This document shows, piece after piece, positions 39,059 to 49,648 of a stretch of 64,000 nt of DNA. The DNA lies in NCBI GenBank assembly GCA_964427735.1, contig CAYRUS010000001.1:453790-517789 (forward strand), in the 5' to 3' direction. Numbering within the stretch: position 1 is the stretch's first letter; every line of letters begins with the position of its first letter. Source of the DNA: an uncultured Gammaproteobacteria bacterium. GTDB lineage: Bacteria > Patescibacteriota > Microgenomatia > UBA8517. Both the position numbers and the translations under genes were made by a program. The notes under the pieces were generated by a model. It saw nothing but the letters and a program-made list of their open reading frames with translations, searched no databases and was not told the origin of the DNA.

Positions 39059-39181
39059 GATTGATATTTATAGTATTTTGAATTATACTCTCACCTGTTG
39101 TAGATATTTCTGGTTAAAAACCTGAAAAACTGCTATTATATTAACTTAAGATAGCCAGGACGTCATCATCAAAATAAATTT

Positions 39182-39433
39182 ATGCCAGTTACAAAAACAG
39201 CAAAAAGAGCATTAAGATCGTCAAAAAGAAAAGAAACAGTTAACAGGAAAACTGTTAAAGAACTTGAAATAGCTCTCAGAAATGCCGAAAAGAGTCGTTC
39301 TGAGAAGGCTGTTAGAGAAGCTGTTTCAAAAACCCATAGAGCAGCAAAAAAGGGTATCATTCATTCAAACAAAGCAGCCAGAATAGTCAACAGACTGTAT
39401 TCTTCAATTTCTCCAAAAGGTAAGAAAAATTAA
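39182..39433 (+). CDS. rpsT: 30S ribosomal protein S20
   Basis: MPVTKTAKRALR, AAKKGIIHSNKAAR. Confidence 0.96.
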   Translation: MPVTKTAKRALRSSKRKETVNRKTVKELEIALRNAEKSRSEKAVREAVSKTHRAAKKGIIHSNKAARIVNRLYSSISPKGKKN

Positions 39434-39562
39434 GTTTTATAATCTTTGAAGTCAAAGGGTCTTTGGCAAATTTTACCCTTCAAAAGTCTTTCTTTACTTT
39501 AGCTGTCTGTGATATATTTAGTAAAGAAATCAACAAGCTATTATGCTTGTTTTTAAATAAAG

Positions 39563-40120
39563 ATGGCTGCCCAAAAATCAAAACAAATCAACTTACTTCC
39601 CAAGAGTAGCTTTGACGATTCCCCTTTTGGTAGAGTTTTAGTTTGGCTCACTACAACCTTCAGAGTAATGGTCATTATAACCGAGCTAATTGTACTAGCT
39701 GCGTTTCTATCTCGTTTTTGGCTTGATGCAAGAAATTCTGATCTAAATACTGAAATCAAACAAAAACAGGCACAAATACTTGCTTCTGCAAATTTTGAAA
39801 ATGAATTCAGACAAACCCAAAAAAAATTAGATATTTATTCTCAATTAATCAAAAACGAAGGTCTATTACAAGAAACAATAACAGCAATCCAAAATTCTCT
39901 GGTACCAGAGACATACTTAACACGAATTGCTTTTAGTGAAAATAACACATTAACAATAGAAGGAATTTCTGCTACCGAGTTGGGAATTGCTCAATTTGCT
40001 ACTAACCTTAAAGCAAAAAGTGGTATAAAAAACGCATATATTAAAGAGGCTAATTCAAATAGCGATAGTGGATTATCAACAGAATTTGTACTGGAAGCCC
40101 TACTAGAGAAAGAAAATTAG
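39563..40120 (+). CDS. PilN-like type IV pilus alignment protein
   Basis: INLLP motif, TM, coiled coil, PETYLTRI...LTIEG...F..NL. Confidence 0.8.
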   Translation: MAAQKSKQINLLPKSSFDDSPFGRVLVWLTTTFRVMVIITELIVLAAFLSRFWLDARNSDLNTEIKQKQAQILASANFENEFRQTQKKLDIYSQLIKNEGLLQETITAIQNSLVPETYLTRIAFSENNTLTIEGISATELGIAQFATNLKAKSGIKNAYIKEANSNSDSGLSTEFVLEALLEKEN

Positions 40121-40124
40121 CATC

Positions 40125-40817
40125 ATGCAAGTAAGCTGGAAAAAAGACTACAATCGATATAGAAATTATTTTCTTGACGTTTATACGAAATACAGAAAGA
40201 AAAAAGATATTATGATCTTTTTGGAAATTCTGTTATCTTTGTTTACAGTCTCTATTTTGGCAATGTTTGCCTTAAAACCGACTGTTATTACTATTATTGA
40301 ACTAGTAAAGGAAATTCGAACAAAAGAAGAGCTTGTAGAAAAAATGGATCTTAAAATCAGAAATTTATCCACAGCCCAGTCACTTTACTCAAGAGAGTCT
40401 CGAAGAATCGACCTATTAAATCAATCTCTCCCTAACCAACCCAATGCAGATACTTTTCAAAAACAGTTAAGCGCGGTTTTTGCAAGAAACTCTGTTACTT
40501 TATCGACCACAACATGGGATCAATTTAACCTTCTTGGAAACAGAGTAAACACAAACACTCAAAATAATACAATTGATGAAACAGCAACTGCAATCACTTT
40601 AACAGTAACCGGCCAAGGGGACTACTCATCCGTTAGGAATCTTATGTCAGATCTTGAAAAGCTTAGACGACCAGTAATTATAGACACACTAGTAACCACT
40701 CCCGAAACAAGCGAAGAAAGCCAAACTATACTTGTTAATATCGGTGGAAAAGTACTTTATATTGACCCTCAAAAGGATATTCAAAACCCTGTTCAGACGG
40801 AAGAGACAGAATTATGA
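40125..40817 (+). CDS. PilO-like protein
   Basis: TM, coiled coil, QSLP, GDYSSVRNLMSDLEKLRRPVIID. Confidence 0.8.
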   Translation: MQVSWKKDYNRYRNYFLDVYTKYRKKKDIMIFLEILLSLFTVSILAMFALKPTVITIIELVKEIRTKEELVEKMDLKIRNLSTAQSLYSRESRRIDLLNQSLPNQPNADTFQKQLSAVFARNSVTLSTTTWDQFNLLGNRVNTNTQNNTIDETATAITLTVTGQGDYSSVRNLMSDLEKLRRPVIIDTLVTTPETSEESQTILVNIGGKVLYIDPQKDIQNPVQTEETEL

Positions 40818-41203
40818 AAAAAGACGCACCAAATATTGTAACTATCGCCATCATGTCTTTAATTACAGTGTTTTTATGGGTTGGATTTAGTATTTATAGA
40901 ACAATAACAAAGGAGGCTGCTCCTATTGTTGAAGAAACAGTGTTAAGAGACATTGATCCAAATCTTAACATTCAAGTACTATCCCAGATGGAGCAGAGGC
41001 TTCACATTGAAGAACCAGAGTTGTCAAACTTAGTTCAAAGTATTGAGTCACAATTACCTATAGACACCCAAATAGATGGAGAGACCCAAGATAGTACTCC
41101 ATCAGCAGAATTAAACCAAACTCCAGAATCAACAGTTGATGATGATAACGAAGATGAAATAATAGATGAAGAACAAGACCTACTTGAGGAAGAAAATGAA
41201 TAA
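40814..41203 (+). CDS. Single-TM protein with acidic tail
   Basis: ATGA overlap with the pilO-like gene; N-terminal TM; D/E-rich C-terminus. Confidence 0.75.
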   Translation: MKKDAPNIVTIAIMSLITVFLWVGFSIYRTITKEAAPIVEETVLRDIDPNLNIQVLSQMEQRLHIEEPELSNLVQSIESQLPIDTQIDGETQDSTPSAELNQTPESTVDDDNEDEIIDEEQDLLEEENE

Positions 41204-42611
41204 CACCCAAGAAAACCCACCATCACCAAAAGAGGAGAAGGTTAATATACTTAACTCTGATATACCTACTCCCAAGCCACTAATGTTAAAAAGGCAAAAG
41301 ATGCCTACGGTATTTGGTGTTGCTGTATTGTTAATAGGTCTCGTCACAGGAATTGTGCTAGTACAAAGAGAACAGAACCTTGGCACAGAGGCAACAGATG
41401 AAGGTCAACCAGCTGATGTCAGAGTGACAAATATAACTGACTCATCATTTACAGTAAACTGGACTACCCAAACAGAAACACCAGAGTATGTTCTTTGGGG
41501 TAAAGACAACGATTTAACCAGCACAGGAAGCGACAACATAACTTCCAACGGAACTGTACACTCTGCAAACATCACAGGGTTATCCGCACAAACCACATAT
41601 AGTTTTAAAATTGGATCAGGAGATAAAGTTTTTGACAACAATGGACAACCCTGGGAAGTTACAACAGGACCTGTACTGCAAAACTCTTCAGTCGTATCAC
41701 CTATTTCTGGAACAATTACCTTGGCAAATGGACAACCGGCAAGTAATGCAATTGTTTACATAAATATAGGTGGTGCTTCACCAGTGTCCACAATTACTAC
41801 AAGTAATGGTAATTGGATATTGCCATTAACCACAATTCGATCTAGAGATTTAAATTCATACTTGTCCATTGATGATCAAAATACTGTTATGGAAATATTC
41901 GTTCAAGCAGGTCGACATGGTATCGCTACAGCAACAAGTTACCCATGGACATCAAGACCTTTACCAACCTTATCATTAGGAAGCAATGAAGATTTTAGAA
42001 ATTCCAGTAATACTGACTCCTCAACTCCATCATCTGAAATTAATTTACCTGAAGAAACAAACACAAATTCAAGATTTAATCTAGAAAGTACAAACTCAAA
42101 TGAAGATAACACTGTAACATTAGAAAGCATTGATGAAGGTGAAGTCTTTTCCACAACACAACCTCAATTTTTTGGAGAAGGATCCCCAGGTACCACACTC
42201 ACTATTACAGTCGAATCCACACCTATGACTGACAACATATCCGTGGGAACAAACGGAACTTGGAATTGGTCATTACCAAACCAACTAGAAGAAGGCAGTC
42301 ACAAGGTAATAATTTCTTGGAGAGATGGAAGCGGCATATTAAGAACAATTACCAGATCATTCACAGTTGAGGTTTCTGGAAGCACAGCTTTATTAGCAGC
42401 GACACCAACCCCAACAATAAAACCCACTTCAACACCTAAGCCTACCCCCACACTGACCTCCACACCAAAACCCACTCCTGATGTCCTTGCATCTTCATCA
42501 CCATTACCCGATGCAGGAATTTCAGTATATACTTTAAATCTTGCCTTAACTGGTTTAGTATTGTTATTGATGAGTAGCTTTGCTATTGTAGTTATAAGGA
42601 ATAAAAAATAA
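41196..42611 (+). CDS. Surface protein: TM, FN3-like and Ig-like domains, PT linker, LPDAG sorting signal
   Basis: PADVRVTNITDSSFTVNWTT...HSANITGLSAQTTYSFKI; PQFFGEG...GTWNW; TPTPT; LPDAG + TM + RNKK. Confidence 0.88.
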   Translation: MNNTQENPPSPKEEKVNILNSDIPTPKPLMLKRQKMPTVFGVAVLLIGLVTGIVLVQREQNLGTEATDEGQPADVRVTNITDSSFTVNWTTQTETPEYVLWGKDNDLTSTGSDNITSNGTVHSANITGLSAQTTYSFKIGSGDKVFDNNGQPWEVTTGPVLQNSSVVSPISGTITLANGQPASNAIVYINIGGASPVSTITTSNGNWILPLTTIRSRDLNSYLSIDDQNTVMEIFVQAGRHGIATATSYPWTSRPLPTLSLGSNEDFRNSSNTDSSTPSSEINLPEETNTNSRFNLESTNSNEDNTVTLESIDEGEVFSTTQPQFFGEGSPGTTLTITVESTPMTDNISVGTNGTWNWSLPNQLEEGSHKVIISWRDGSGILRTITRSFTVEVSGSTALLAATPTPTIKPTSTPKPTPTLTSTPKPTPDVLASSSPLPDAGISVYTLNLALTGLVLLLMSSFAIVVIRNKK

Positions 42612-42613
42612 CC

Positions 42614-43957
42614 ATGCCCAATCAAGATGACAATCAAAATCCACCTGTTTCTGATGAAATGAAACCGCCTGTTCCTCCAATCGTTGACGAGGAAAAAAAC
42701 ACTAATACTCCTAATACATCAAAACCTGAAAGTAGTACAAAAGATAATGCTCCACCACCACCTCCAGTATTTTCGGTAGGAAACCAGCCATTAGATAGCA
42801 ATACATCTGATATTCCCAACCCCCCACCTGCTGCCTCTGATGTGGTAGGAACTCCCAGCTCTGGTTCCCCAACAAAGAACTTTTTTACAAAAAAAGTTGT
42901 AGCAACATTCTTGGGAATACTCTTATTGGTAGGGGGAGTAATATCCGGGATAATCTTAGTACAAAGACAACAGGACATTAGAAAACAAGCCGGATCAATT
43001 GGAGGCTTAGCCTGTACTTCTCCTAAAGGCATCATTGTCACAAGCAAATCTCAACCTGGCTTACCAGGTGACCTTGGTTATAAGCCAATACCTCAAACAT
43101 ATAATGTTGGTGAAACTGTAAATTTTCAGGTACAAGTCAAAAATGAATCAAATAATCGTGTTTCAGATCATTATCATTTTTTTGCTCAAAAAGTGGTTGA
43201 AGCACCTCGAGGGCAAACTCCAAATCCTAACCTAACAGAACCTGAAATGTATAGTATCCACAATGATCCAAGCAGGGGAACATCTCAAGTCACCAAATTC
43301 AACAGTGGCAATCAACCATTTACTCTTGAACCAGGGGCAACTCAATACCTTAAGTATTCGTGGAAACCAACTGAATGCGGTTTTTATCAGATCGATATGG
43401 GTATTGAGGACTTTTTCTATGTAAACCGCGATAATTCTAGCCAAACCTGTCAAATTACTCAAACACCAGACCGAGATGCAGTAGCTGCCGCCGGATTTAT
43501 AAAAGTAGTTGGTTGTGATGTTAATCCAACAGCTACACCAACAATAAGACCGACCTCTACACCACAACCAACGCCTACACCAACAACAAGACCAGGCGTG
43601 ACGCCAACACCTACAGCCACACCAGCAAAAACCACACCACCATCTGCACCACAAGGCGGAGCATGTTTTAATATTAGAACTTATGACCTAGAAGATAATG
43701 AACTAAGTATCCAAGATCTTTCAAACTTACAGCCAGGAGATCGTATAAAATTTGTTGTAGCAGGAGTAGCAACGCCTAATGGAACTTATGATCGTGCAAG
43801 ATTTAGAGTAACCACAGGTGATATTATTCCAAGCTGGAATGAAGTAACAACTTCAGATGAAGATTCGACATTTTATTACATATATACAATTCCTGATGAT
43901 GCTGAAACTTTCAAAGTAGAAGCACAAATTCACCACAGTGTTAGTGGTTGGTTATAA
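42614..43957 (+). CDS. Surface protein: Pro-rich N-terminus, TM, Ig-like domains, PT linker
   Basis: TM then VQRQQDIRKQA; beta-rich domains separated by PTSTPQPTPTPT. Confidence 0.82.
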   Translation: MPNQDDNQNPPVSDEMKPPVPPIVDEEKNTNTPNTSKPESSTKDNAPPPPPVFSVGNQPLDSNTSDIPNPPPAASDVVGTPSSGSPTKNFFTKKVVATFLGILLLVGGVISGIILVQRQQDIRKQAGSIGGLACTSPKGIIVTSKSQPGLPGDLGYKPIPQTYNVGETVNFQVQVKNESNNRVSDHYHFFAQKVVEAPRGQTPNPNLTEPEMYSIHNDPSRGTSQVTKFNSGNQPFTLEPGATQYLKYSWKPTECGFYQIDMGIEDFFYVNRDNSSQTCQITQTPDRDAVAAAGFIKVVGCDVNPTATPTIRPTSTPQPTPTPTTRPGVTPTPTATPAKTTPPSAPQGGACFNIRTYDLEDNELSIQDLSNLQPGDRIKFVVAGVATPNGTYDRARFRVTTGDIIPSWNEVTTSDEDSTFYYIYTIPDDAETFKVEAQIHHSVSGWL

Positions 43958-43962
43958 AAACT

Positions 43963-44661
43963 ATGAAAATGAATATTAAAACAATAATAATTGGACTTTC
44001 GACCGTAGTCCTTGGTGGAGTAGCAATCTTTACTGCTGTTAGACTATATCAGCTAAGAAGTGAACCCATCGCTCCCAACGCCCCGCAAAGTCAGCCACTG
44101 GCACAGCAAGGAGGTCTTTGTGGAGGAATAACTCAAATATCATGTGCAAGTGGTTTTACCTGTATCTATGAAAACGGTAGCACTATTGCTCCTCATCCTG
44201 ATGCTACCGGAACTTGTCAACCTCAAAACCAAGGGGCAAATGAAGGAGAAATGTGTGGAGGCATTGCAGGAATTGACTGTGCAAAAGGTCTCGTTTGTGA
44301 TTATGGCTCAGGTAACCTATCAGCACCCAACCCTGATGCTACTGGGGTATGTGTATCTGAAACAAACAAATCTGCCTGTGAGGCAATTACTTTTACTATC
44401 ACCAAAGCTACTCCTACACCCACAGCAACTGCTAATGTAACTAGCACGCCAACGCCTACACCTACAGATACCCCTGCTGGTGAGGATCCAACACCTACAG
44501 CAGCATCAACATTGAAACCAACATCTACACCAAGTCAGCCATTGGCTGAAACTCCAACTCCAGCTCCTAGCCTGCCAACAGCTGGTGTAGGATCACCTAC
44601 AATTATCGGACTAGGCGCTGGAATGTTAATCTTGCTCTTCTCACTTATTCTTGCATTGTAA
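43963..44661 (+). CDS. Surface protein with two Cys-rich repeats, PT linker and LPTAG sorting signal
   Basis: Two copies of CGGI-x4-C-x2-G-x2-C...PDATG-x-C; LPTAG followed by a TM. Confidence 0.85.
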   Translation: MKMNIKTIIIGLSTVVLGGVAIFTAVRLYQLRSEPIAPNAPQSQPLAQQGGLCGGITQISCASGFTCIYENGSTIAPHPDATGTCQPQNQGANEGEMCGGIAGIDCAKGLVCDYGSGNLSAPNPDATGVCVSETNKSACEAITFTITKATPTPTATANVTSTPTPTPTDTPAGEDPTPTAASTLKPTSTPSQPLAETPTPAPSLPTAGVGSPTIIGLGAGMLILLFSLILAL

Positions 44662-44722
44662 TTCTCAAAAAAAGCATTAATCAATATTAACATTAGGGGA
44701 TAAAGTGTTATATACTTTAAGG

Positions 44723-45618
44723 ATGTGGTTTGTTTATACAATTGTTCATACATTTTTATTGGCTTTAGTAAACTACTCCGACGAATGGCTAGCAATCAAT
44801 AACAAACTCCCACAAAATCCAATATACACACCAAAGTAGGAAGCGTTTTGTTAATTTCTACTCTAATGAGCTTTCTTGGAGCTTTGTTTCTTTGGGTAAT
44901 AACAAAGGATATATCCCTACCCTCTGAATCCCGGACGATAGCAATTATCTCATCTATTCCTATGGTGGCTATGTACGCATCATATTTTTATCTGTTACAA
45001 ACATATCCTGTTCACCAAGTTGCTCCACTTTTTCAAATCAGCACTATATGGCTATTATTGTTTGAGTTACTGTCTGGAAACAGTATTACATTAATTAGCT
45101 TATTAGGAATTACAATTTTAATGTACGGAGCCTATGTATTAGACGCTGGAACATTTAAATGGAAAATACCTACCCAACTGTTATTCATAGCCATACCAGC
45201 AACTTCAACTTGGTCAATATCTTTATATCTATCCCGTCTTGCTTCGCAAACCAGCTCTCCTGTACTTGTTGCTTTTTGGCAACTGTTGGCAATTGGGCTT
45301 GTAGGAGTAGTCTTATTTATTTTTGTCAAAAGGTACAGAGAAGGATTCTTGTACAGAATTAAAAATCAAGGAAAAGCATTTTTAGGCTTAAGTATGATAA
45401 ATGAAACTTTAGCTGAGGTCGGATATGTCTTCAGCAACTTGGCAGTTGCTACTGCTCCTATTGCAACTTTTGTATCAGCATTGAGTGGAGTTCAAAGTAT
45501 ATTTGTCTTGTTGTTATTCTTTTTGTTCCCTATGGGAAAAAGAGCAAAAGTAACAAAAATTCAATGGACGGCAGTCATCTTAATAACAATTGGCGTTTTC
45601 ATTATTGAACAACAATAG
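44723..45618 (+). pseudogene. Frameshifted EamA/DMT transporter
   Basis: ATG 44723 (MWFVYTIVHTFLLALVNYSDEWL...) stops near 44838; the -1 frame from 44803 carries the remaining TMs. Confidence 0.7.
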
Positions 45619-45674
45619 TTATATGATACAAAAATACACACTATCTTGGTTGTAGAGTATGTTACAAAATAACC

Positions 45675-47117
45675 TTATAACTGTTTCTTGCTTTTATTTT
45701 CTATCAGTTTAAATCTAATAATAGCCTCTAGTAATTTACGATAATCTTCGTCGGATAGTCCTTCATCATGATATAACCGTAAATTGCGGCTAATATGTGA
45801 CTCGAGTAACGTAATAATATTGGTAAGATCTCCGGTGAATGAGGTTAGTCTAGATAGATCATCTAAACTTAACGAAAAATCTATGTTAAAGTACAACACC
45901 ACTTCAGGCTGGTTATAAATATCAATACCTTCTTTAAGCAATTTTCTAGCTGCCCAAGACCAGCTTTGCCAAATCTCTAAATTACTCATGTTTATTGCTC
46001 TCTGATTGTTTTGATTCTCTTTCCCAACCATTTGTTGGTCCAACCACTCTTCTTGAATTTGACGGGCTTTGGGTAAGTTGTCAGTTTTAACGCAATGATA
46101 AATAATGCCAGAAAAGGCATGATAAAAACTGGGCTCGGGTAAATAATGAATTTCTTCACAAGCTCTGTCAAAATCGCCAATTTCCAATAATAAATCAATG
46201 AAAATTTCATTGATTAGCCTATTTCTATGGAAATTGACTTCGCGATCAATTTTATTAGTTAATGATACTTTCCTTCCATGAGACACATCGCTTCGCAGAT
46301 AATACCGAATGAGCCTATATACTGAAAACTCATCAACATTATTCATATCGATAGTTTCGACAGTTCTAAGAAGGTAGTTATGATGTGGTTCAACAAGATC
46401 AGCATGTCCTAATTTTCTAGCTATGCTACAAACATTGCTTAAATCGTCATAATAGCCACTTAACTTATATGTATCTTCATCTCGTTCTGTATCCCCGAAC
46501 TTTTGGTTAGAGGATTTTCTAGCAGGTAGAAGGTCTGACAATAATGTAACTGGCAATTCGGGGACATTTTGTAAAGCTTTTTCTAAACGCTTTCTTGTGT
46601 CTTCTGGTTTTATACAATTGACAAATTCCGCCATCTTTGATGCATATGCCGTTTCAGCCAATTGATATATAGATGCTTCCCAACGTTCTACAATTTTATC
46701 TTTTTCAATAGAAGGATGTTGTGTATCATACCACCAACGATAAATGTCAATCCATACTGGATCGGGATCTAATGCTAACAATCGCTCCTGACTCTTAATC
46801 ACATCTTGATACCAAACTAAATCTGTTTCTATGGCAAACTTGCTAATTATATATTCATTGAAAAAAGACCACCACATACTGGTTCGTACTACATTTGCTA
46901 GCTGCTCGATTTTATCTTCCGGATTGAGGGCATTCTCTTCTTTGGTATATCTATCGGGTATTCCTATTAGTACTTCTGTCGGCATCCATCCAGATTCTAA
47001 CAATGGTAATGCATTAATCCAACTACCCCATTCTACATCAGTAGCGACTCCTGGTTTAGACAGACTAAGCCACTTGTCCAAAAGTTCTGCTGTGTTCATT
47101 TCAAGTTCTGGATACAT
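45675..47117 (-). CDS. Orphan hypothetical protein (helical)
   Basis: 480-aa ORF; TATAGT 4 nt before the ATG. Confidence 0.75.
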   Translation of the reverse strand: MYPELEMNTAELLDKWLSLSKPGVATDVEWGSWINALPLLESGWMPTEVLIGIPDRYTKEENALNPEDKIEQLANVVRTSMWWSFFNEYIISKFAIETDLVWYQDVIKSQERLLALDPDPVWIDIYRWWYDTQHPSIEKDKIVERWEASIYQLAETAYASKMAEFVNCIKPEDTRKRLEKALQNVPELPVTLLSDLLPARKSSNQKFGDTERDEDTYKLSGYYDDLSNVCSIARKLGHADLVEPHHNYLLRTVETIDMNNVDEFSVYRLIRYYLRSDVSHGRKVSLTNKIDREVNFHRNRLINEIFIDLLLEIGDFDRACEEIHYLPEPSFYHAFSGIIYHCVKTDNLPKARQIQEEWLDQQMVGKENQNNQRAINMSNLEIWQSWSWAARKLLKEGIDIYNQPEVVLYFNIDFSLSLDDLSRLTSFTGDLTNIITLLESHISRNLRLYHDEGLSDEDYRKLLEAIIRFKLIENKSKKQL

Positions 47118-47224
47118 AAATACTATAATATAAACCTTTCTAGATGGAAGAAATTATATCACGAAGGAAATATATCATAGACTTCGGTCAAATAAAGTGG
47201 GGAGCCTTAACAACCATAGAATCA

Positions 47225-49648
47225 TTACCAGGTTTTAAACCAATGATAGCTTTCATCAAGCCAAACTGGTACTGTTATGCCTGTGTAGCGAGGTAAAAAG
47301 TATATAAAAGCAACCATAGCTAAACTAAAAAACCACAGTCTCACTTTTTTATATTTTGCAAGAATAAATCCTAACAAAATTGCTAAAAAGGGAATGGACG
47401 GCAAGTAATGGTACAAAAACATAATTCTAGGCGAGGCTGCCCAAGGAACAAAAAATATTGCATACGAAAAAACTATTAGAGCAATCTTTTTAGCCCACTC
47501 ATTCTTTAAAGAAAAGTTTTTAATAACCAAATATACACATACCAATACCGCTATCAATCCTCCCCAAAAAACTATTGGATTCCCCATTATGTAAATATTG
47601 GAAACAACATTGTCAACAACTCCACCGGCATAAACCCAAATTGGTCTTAATAAAATTGGCCAACTCCACCATGGTGAAGTAAAAGGATGCTCTGCCTCCA
47701 AACGTGTGTGATACCACCACATTTGCTTTTGAACTCCAATAAATATGTCAAAACCGTGACCACTAGTGAACATTGGGATATAACTTGCCAAATAAACAAG
47801 AGGAGGTAACAAAATAAACCATATATAATTTAGTCTAAACTTTTTCCCTAGCAACAAAAATGCAATAGGAAAAATCGGCAATGCCCACAAAGCACTCCAT
47901 TTGGAAGCAAGAGCTAAACCATAAGCTATTGCTGAAAAAGCATATTTATCTTTAATAAATAGATAAAAAGACAATAAAACAAAAAATAATAAATAAGCAT
48001 CATTCATTCCAATTCTGCTTAGCCCTAGAGGCAAACCATCAAGAGCAAATACCGCAGAGGAGAAAATACCAACGTCTCTATTAAAAAGTTCCTTAGCGAT
48101 TAAATAAACCAATAAAACACTTCCTGTACCTAAAATTGCAGCGGGGAAACGCCAAGCAAAGGCCTGTTCTCCAAATATAGCCATTGAGAACCACATACCT
48201 TCTTTTGCAAGTGGAGGGTGAGTCCATTCATAGGCAAAACCTTCGGGATGGGGATTCCACCATTCCCAAGCCATTGGATTCCCTTGAAGCATTTGTCTTG
48301 CTGTAAAAGCATGATAAACCTCATCAAAGTACTCGTTCTTTGGTTCACTTAAACTTACTAATCTGACAAACAAAGATCCCAATAATACAAGCACTAAGAG
48401 AATTTTAATTTGCTTGTCTGTAAACACTTCATTAACAACTAGCTTTTCTGATTTTTTTGTCCCTGGATCTAAATTAAAAGAAAGAGAAAAAAGCTTACTG
48501 GTAGTGATTTTCACTTTTGAAGCATAAACCAAAATAGCCAATCCTAATACATTAATAATAGAAAATGCTTTCGATACAAAGACAGGAAAGACTTCTTTGA
48601 AATTGTTAGTTATCCAAACATAAGCGTAATATAGGTTTGCTAAATAACCTACAGATAAAGCAAGATAAACAAAAGCTGCTACTTCATAAAATGCAGATAC
48701 AATAGCCAGTGGGGCAAGAGCTGGAAGCAAATGTCTTTCATGAAGACGAGTAAAAAATACAAAGTTTGCCAAAAACAATACGGAAAGCAAAAAGTAGCTG
48801 GATTTTTCTTCTTTTTTTAATTTTATGGCCGTCAATATAAAAATAAATACTGTCATTAAATAACCAAAAAACTTATAAACAGGATTGTCGGGTCGCCAAA
48901 AGCCAAATATGCCCCAGAAATTAAAAGCATTTACACTGGTATATGGGTACTGATTTAAAGTTGTGTTAATTCTTTGAACTATAAACTCCATCAGTGATCC
49001 ATTATTCCAAAAAGGAACAAAGGCAAGAGCAAAAATAACTCCAGATAATAAAATATAAGTGGCAACATTAACTAATCTTGTCTTTCTTGTATACATTAAA
49101 TAAAGTACGACAAGTGCTACTAAAGCAGCTTGTGGCTTGACTAGTGTGCCAATAGCAAGGAAAAAAGCTGATAAGTACAAATTACTACCAAAAGAAAATA
49201 TAGTAAGTAAAGAAAAAAGTGCAGTTAAAGAGTCCACTTGTCCCCACAATGCCGAGTTTGCAAAAACTGCCGGGTTAAATAACCACATTCCACTAGCTAC
49301 TAATGCCTTTTTAGAAGAGGTATACTTTTTAACTACTAGGTAAACAAGATATCCGATCAAGACATCAGAAAAAATTGCGGGCAATTTATACAGTATGACT
49401 TCTGGTATTAAAATGGCTTGATTTATTTTCCCCAATAACCACAAAACATAAAGGTATCCTGGCAAATAATCAGACCAATTACTATAAAAATTCCTAAACC
49501 CATTTTCTGCAAGGTTATTACTCCAACTCAGAAAAGTGTTAAAATCAAGCTCAAGAGTACCAAAAGGAGACATAAAAATCCTTAAGGCCAGCGCTGCCAA
49601 GAGCAAAACCAAAATATTTTTATCAAATTTTATATCTCTAAAAAACCT
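47225..49648 (-). CDS. Fused double GT-C glycosyltransferase: N-terminal GT87/ALG6-like, C-terminal protein O-mannosyltransferase (PMT/GT39)
   Basis: N half: DYLPGYLY, NSALWGQVDS, RLHERH. C half: FDEVYH, HPPLAK, SKWS, HPFTSPWWSWP, FLYHYLP. Probable start MRFFRDIK. Confidence 0.88.
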   Translation of the reverse strand, partial: RFFRDIKFDKNILVLLLAALALRIFMSPFGTLELDFNTFLSWSNNLAENGFRNFYSNWSDYLPGYLYVLWLLGKINQAILIPEVILYKLPAIFSDVLIGYLVYLVVKKYTSSKKALVASGMWLFNPAVFANSALWGQVDSLTALFSLLTIFSFGSNLYLSAFFLAIGTLVKPQAALVALVVLYLMYTRKTRLVNVATYILLSGVIFALAFVPFWNNGSLMEFIVQRINTTLNQYPYTSVNAFNFWGIFGFWRPDNPVYKFFGYLMTVFIFILTAIKLKKEEKSSYFLLSVLFLANFVFFTRLHERHLLPALAPLAIVSAFYEVAAFVYLALSVGYLANLYYAYVWITNNFKEVFPVFVSKAFSIINVLGLAILVYASKVKITTSKLFSLSFNLDPGTKKSEKLVVNEVFTDKQIKILLVLVLLGSLFVRLVSLSEPKNEYFDEVYHAFTARQMLQGNPMAWEWWNPHPEGFAYEWTHPPLAKEGMWFSMAIFGEQAFAWRFPAAILGTGSVLLVYLIAKELFNRDVGIFSSAVFALDGLPLGLSRIGMNDAYLLFFVLLSFYLFIKDKYAFSAIAYGLALASKWSALWALPIFPIAFLLLGKKFRLNYIWFILLPPLVYLASYIPMFTSGHGFDIFIGVQKQMWWYHTRLEAEHPFTSPWWSWPILLRPIWVYAGGVVDNVVSNIYIMGNPIVFWGGLIAVLVCVYLVIKNFSLKNEWAKKIALIVFSYAIFFVPWAASPRIMFLYHYLPSIPFLAILLGFILAKYKKVRLWFFSLAMVAFIYFLPRYTGITVPVWLDESYHWFKTW

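Noticed and set aside
42400-44570. ACACCAAC-type repeats as CRISPR or VNTR
   Set aside because: They encode Pro/Thr linkers in frame; there is no repeat-spacer periodicity and no cas genes.
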